Assembly (NCBI RefSeq): GCF_009914755.1
Contig: NC_060938.1
Length of the DNA stretch: 64,000 nt
Direction: 5' to 3' (one strand)
From: the human T2T-CHM13v2.0 reference genome, Homo sapiens
Shown here: positions 62,271 through 64,000 of the stretch, piece by piece
How positions within the stretch are numbered: position 1 is the stretch's first letter
Layout of the letters: every line of letters starts with the position of its first letter
The notes under the pieces: generated by a model
Seen by the model: only the letters and a program-made list of their open reading frames with translations
Database searches by the model: none
Told to the model about the DNA's origin: nothing
Made by a program: the position numbers and the translations under genes

Positions 62271-64000
62271 AGATTACCCTGGATTCTATGTAGGAAATGG
62301 AATCAAGGAAAGCAAGAATAAAATGGGAAGCCCAGTTTGGAGATGATCACAGTGACTGTGAAAACAGTGACGGGCTTCAGGGAAGGCTTTATGGGGAGGG
62401 CAAACAGAACTTGCCAATGCATTGGATATAAGGGGCAATAAGGGGAAAAAAGGAAACACAAAAAACTGCTAGGCTTTTTTTCTGCACCCAGTTTGCCACT
62501 GGCATTTAATGAGTTGAATTTAATGAGTTTTAGAGAATGGTTTAGAGAACTTATGAATGTAATTCAAATGTGATGTCACAGACAGAAATGTAAATTTTGG
62601 AATCATCTTACCTATAAATGAAACATGCATGAATTGGATATGATTATATAAAATCTTCATGGTACTACATTGTTAAATTATTAGGAAAAATGCTACATGC
62701 TCTTTGGGGGAATGCTAAGAGGCTAAATGAATAAATCTGCAAAGTAACCTCTGAGTTGAGTTTAAGCACACTGCTCTGTAATTATGACTCTTTTCTTCAA
62801 TCATCTTATTCTGTGAACCTATTTAATCAGTCTGGGTGTATAATAAGCCAAGATGTCATGTAAGCCTTGTGAATACATTTACTAAGGTTAGAAATCAGCT
62901 TTAAATGTGTCTAAAATCTGAGGTGCTAATGGATGGGGTGTGTAGCAAATTCCTAAATTAAAAAGAATTATGTTGAGGATGTAAAGTTGACCTCAGCGGA
63001 TATGAAACCACCAGGGCCCAAATTACAGAATCTCATATACATGTTTGTCTGTCTGTCTGTGTGAATAACAGTTGGAAGTTGTAGTTGCTCTGTGATTCCA
63101 AAAAACAGCATGCTAAAAAAATGTTAACTTGAATGATTTACCTAGAAGTAAGCTATTATAGCAAAAGACTGATGATAGAAATGCAAAGTCATTAAAGATA
63201 TTCTTTTCTAAAATCTTCAAAAGGAGAAAAAGACTTAACCCTGTGACCCTTTCCAAAAAGCTGAGTCTATATGAGTGTCATTAGATAAAGGCAGGGAAAA
63301 TTATATTATTCATTAGAGATAAATTATATGAGCCTGTCTACATACACTGTTCAAATTCCTACTTAAACATATCATTTTTTAAATAGTCCAATTAATAAGC
63401 CTTTCTTGAATACCTTCCTATTATCTGGGCTTCTAACAATTAGAAGGCTGATTATAAACATCTTTATGATCCTGTTACCTGTATATCACATAAATGCCAT
63501 AAGTCATAGGAACAGCCTAGGAGCAAGAACATTTCCGATAAATATTACTCTAGTTGAGGTCTTTTTTTCTGGTTCATTGGGCTAAGTTGTGAGGGAAGGA
63601 AGGAAGTTTAATAGGGCTATGTTCTCTTAGACATTTATAAAGGCCAAAAATAAATCCACAAATAATTATACTTTGGAGAGCTATAAAGAAACACTCTGAT
63701 GCCTAATAAGGTCTGCAGTTATAGAAGTGTCACTGTAATACCATTTTCTGTTGGTAGAATTACTCAGTAACAAGACCTTTCCATAGAGAAGTTTCTGATA
63801 AAATACAAGTGGCTTCCCTCATCTGTGAGTGATATCTCTGAGGACAGTTTAGCAACCTATGGAAATTTTCATGGAGCTGGGGAGATAGAAGAAATTATTT
63901 TTTACTTTGAAAATCCACTAAGAATTTAATTTACAGAGATTTTATCATTTTAACTCAGTCTGTTTAAAAAATAATGTTTATTTTGTTTCTATAGCACACA

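Overview
Primate (human-like) AT-rich, CpG-depleted non-coding DNA, either intergenic or deep intronic. I recognise no cellular protein-coding gene, RNA gene or CRISPR-like array. Every ORF in the track is either a chance ORF or a fragment of an Alu, L1, LTR or ERV. The main structure is a decayed class I endogenous retrovirus on the minus strand (about 29818-41519), with an LTR9-like 3' LTR, a tRNA-Pro primer binding site (HUERS-P3 group), broken gag/pro/pol, only a remnant of env and no 5' LTR. It carries three nested THE1/MST MaLR insertions, each with a target-site duplication. One of them contains a much younger 155-bp copy of the provirus's own RT region. The rest of the window is Alu/FRAM, MIR, L2, L1, MaLR/ERV solo LTRs, DNA-transposon relics and microsatellites, plus a few repeat-free blocks with enhancer-like or splice-like signals. 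I found no evidence of a new biological system. The best leads are local mutational and structural events and candidate regulatory or exon elements. Repeat family names come from recalled consensus similarity, not a database search, and the boundaries of old repeats are approximate.
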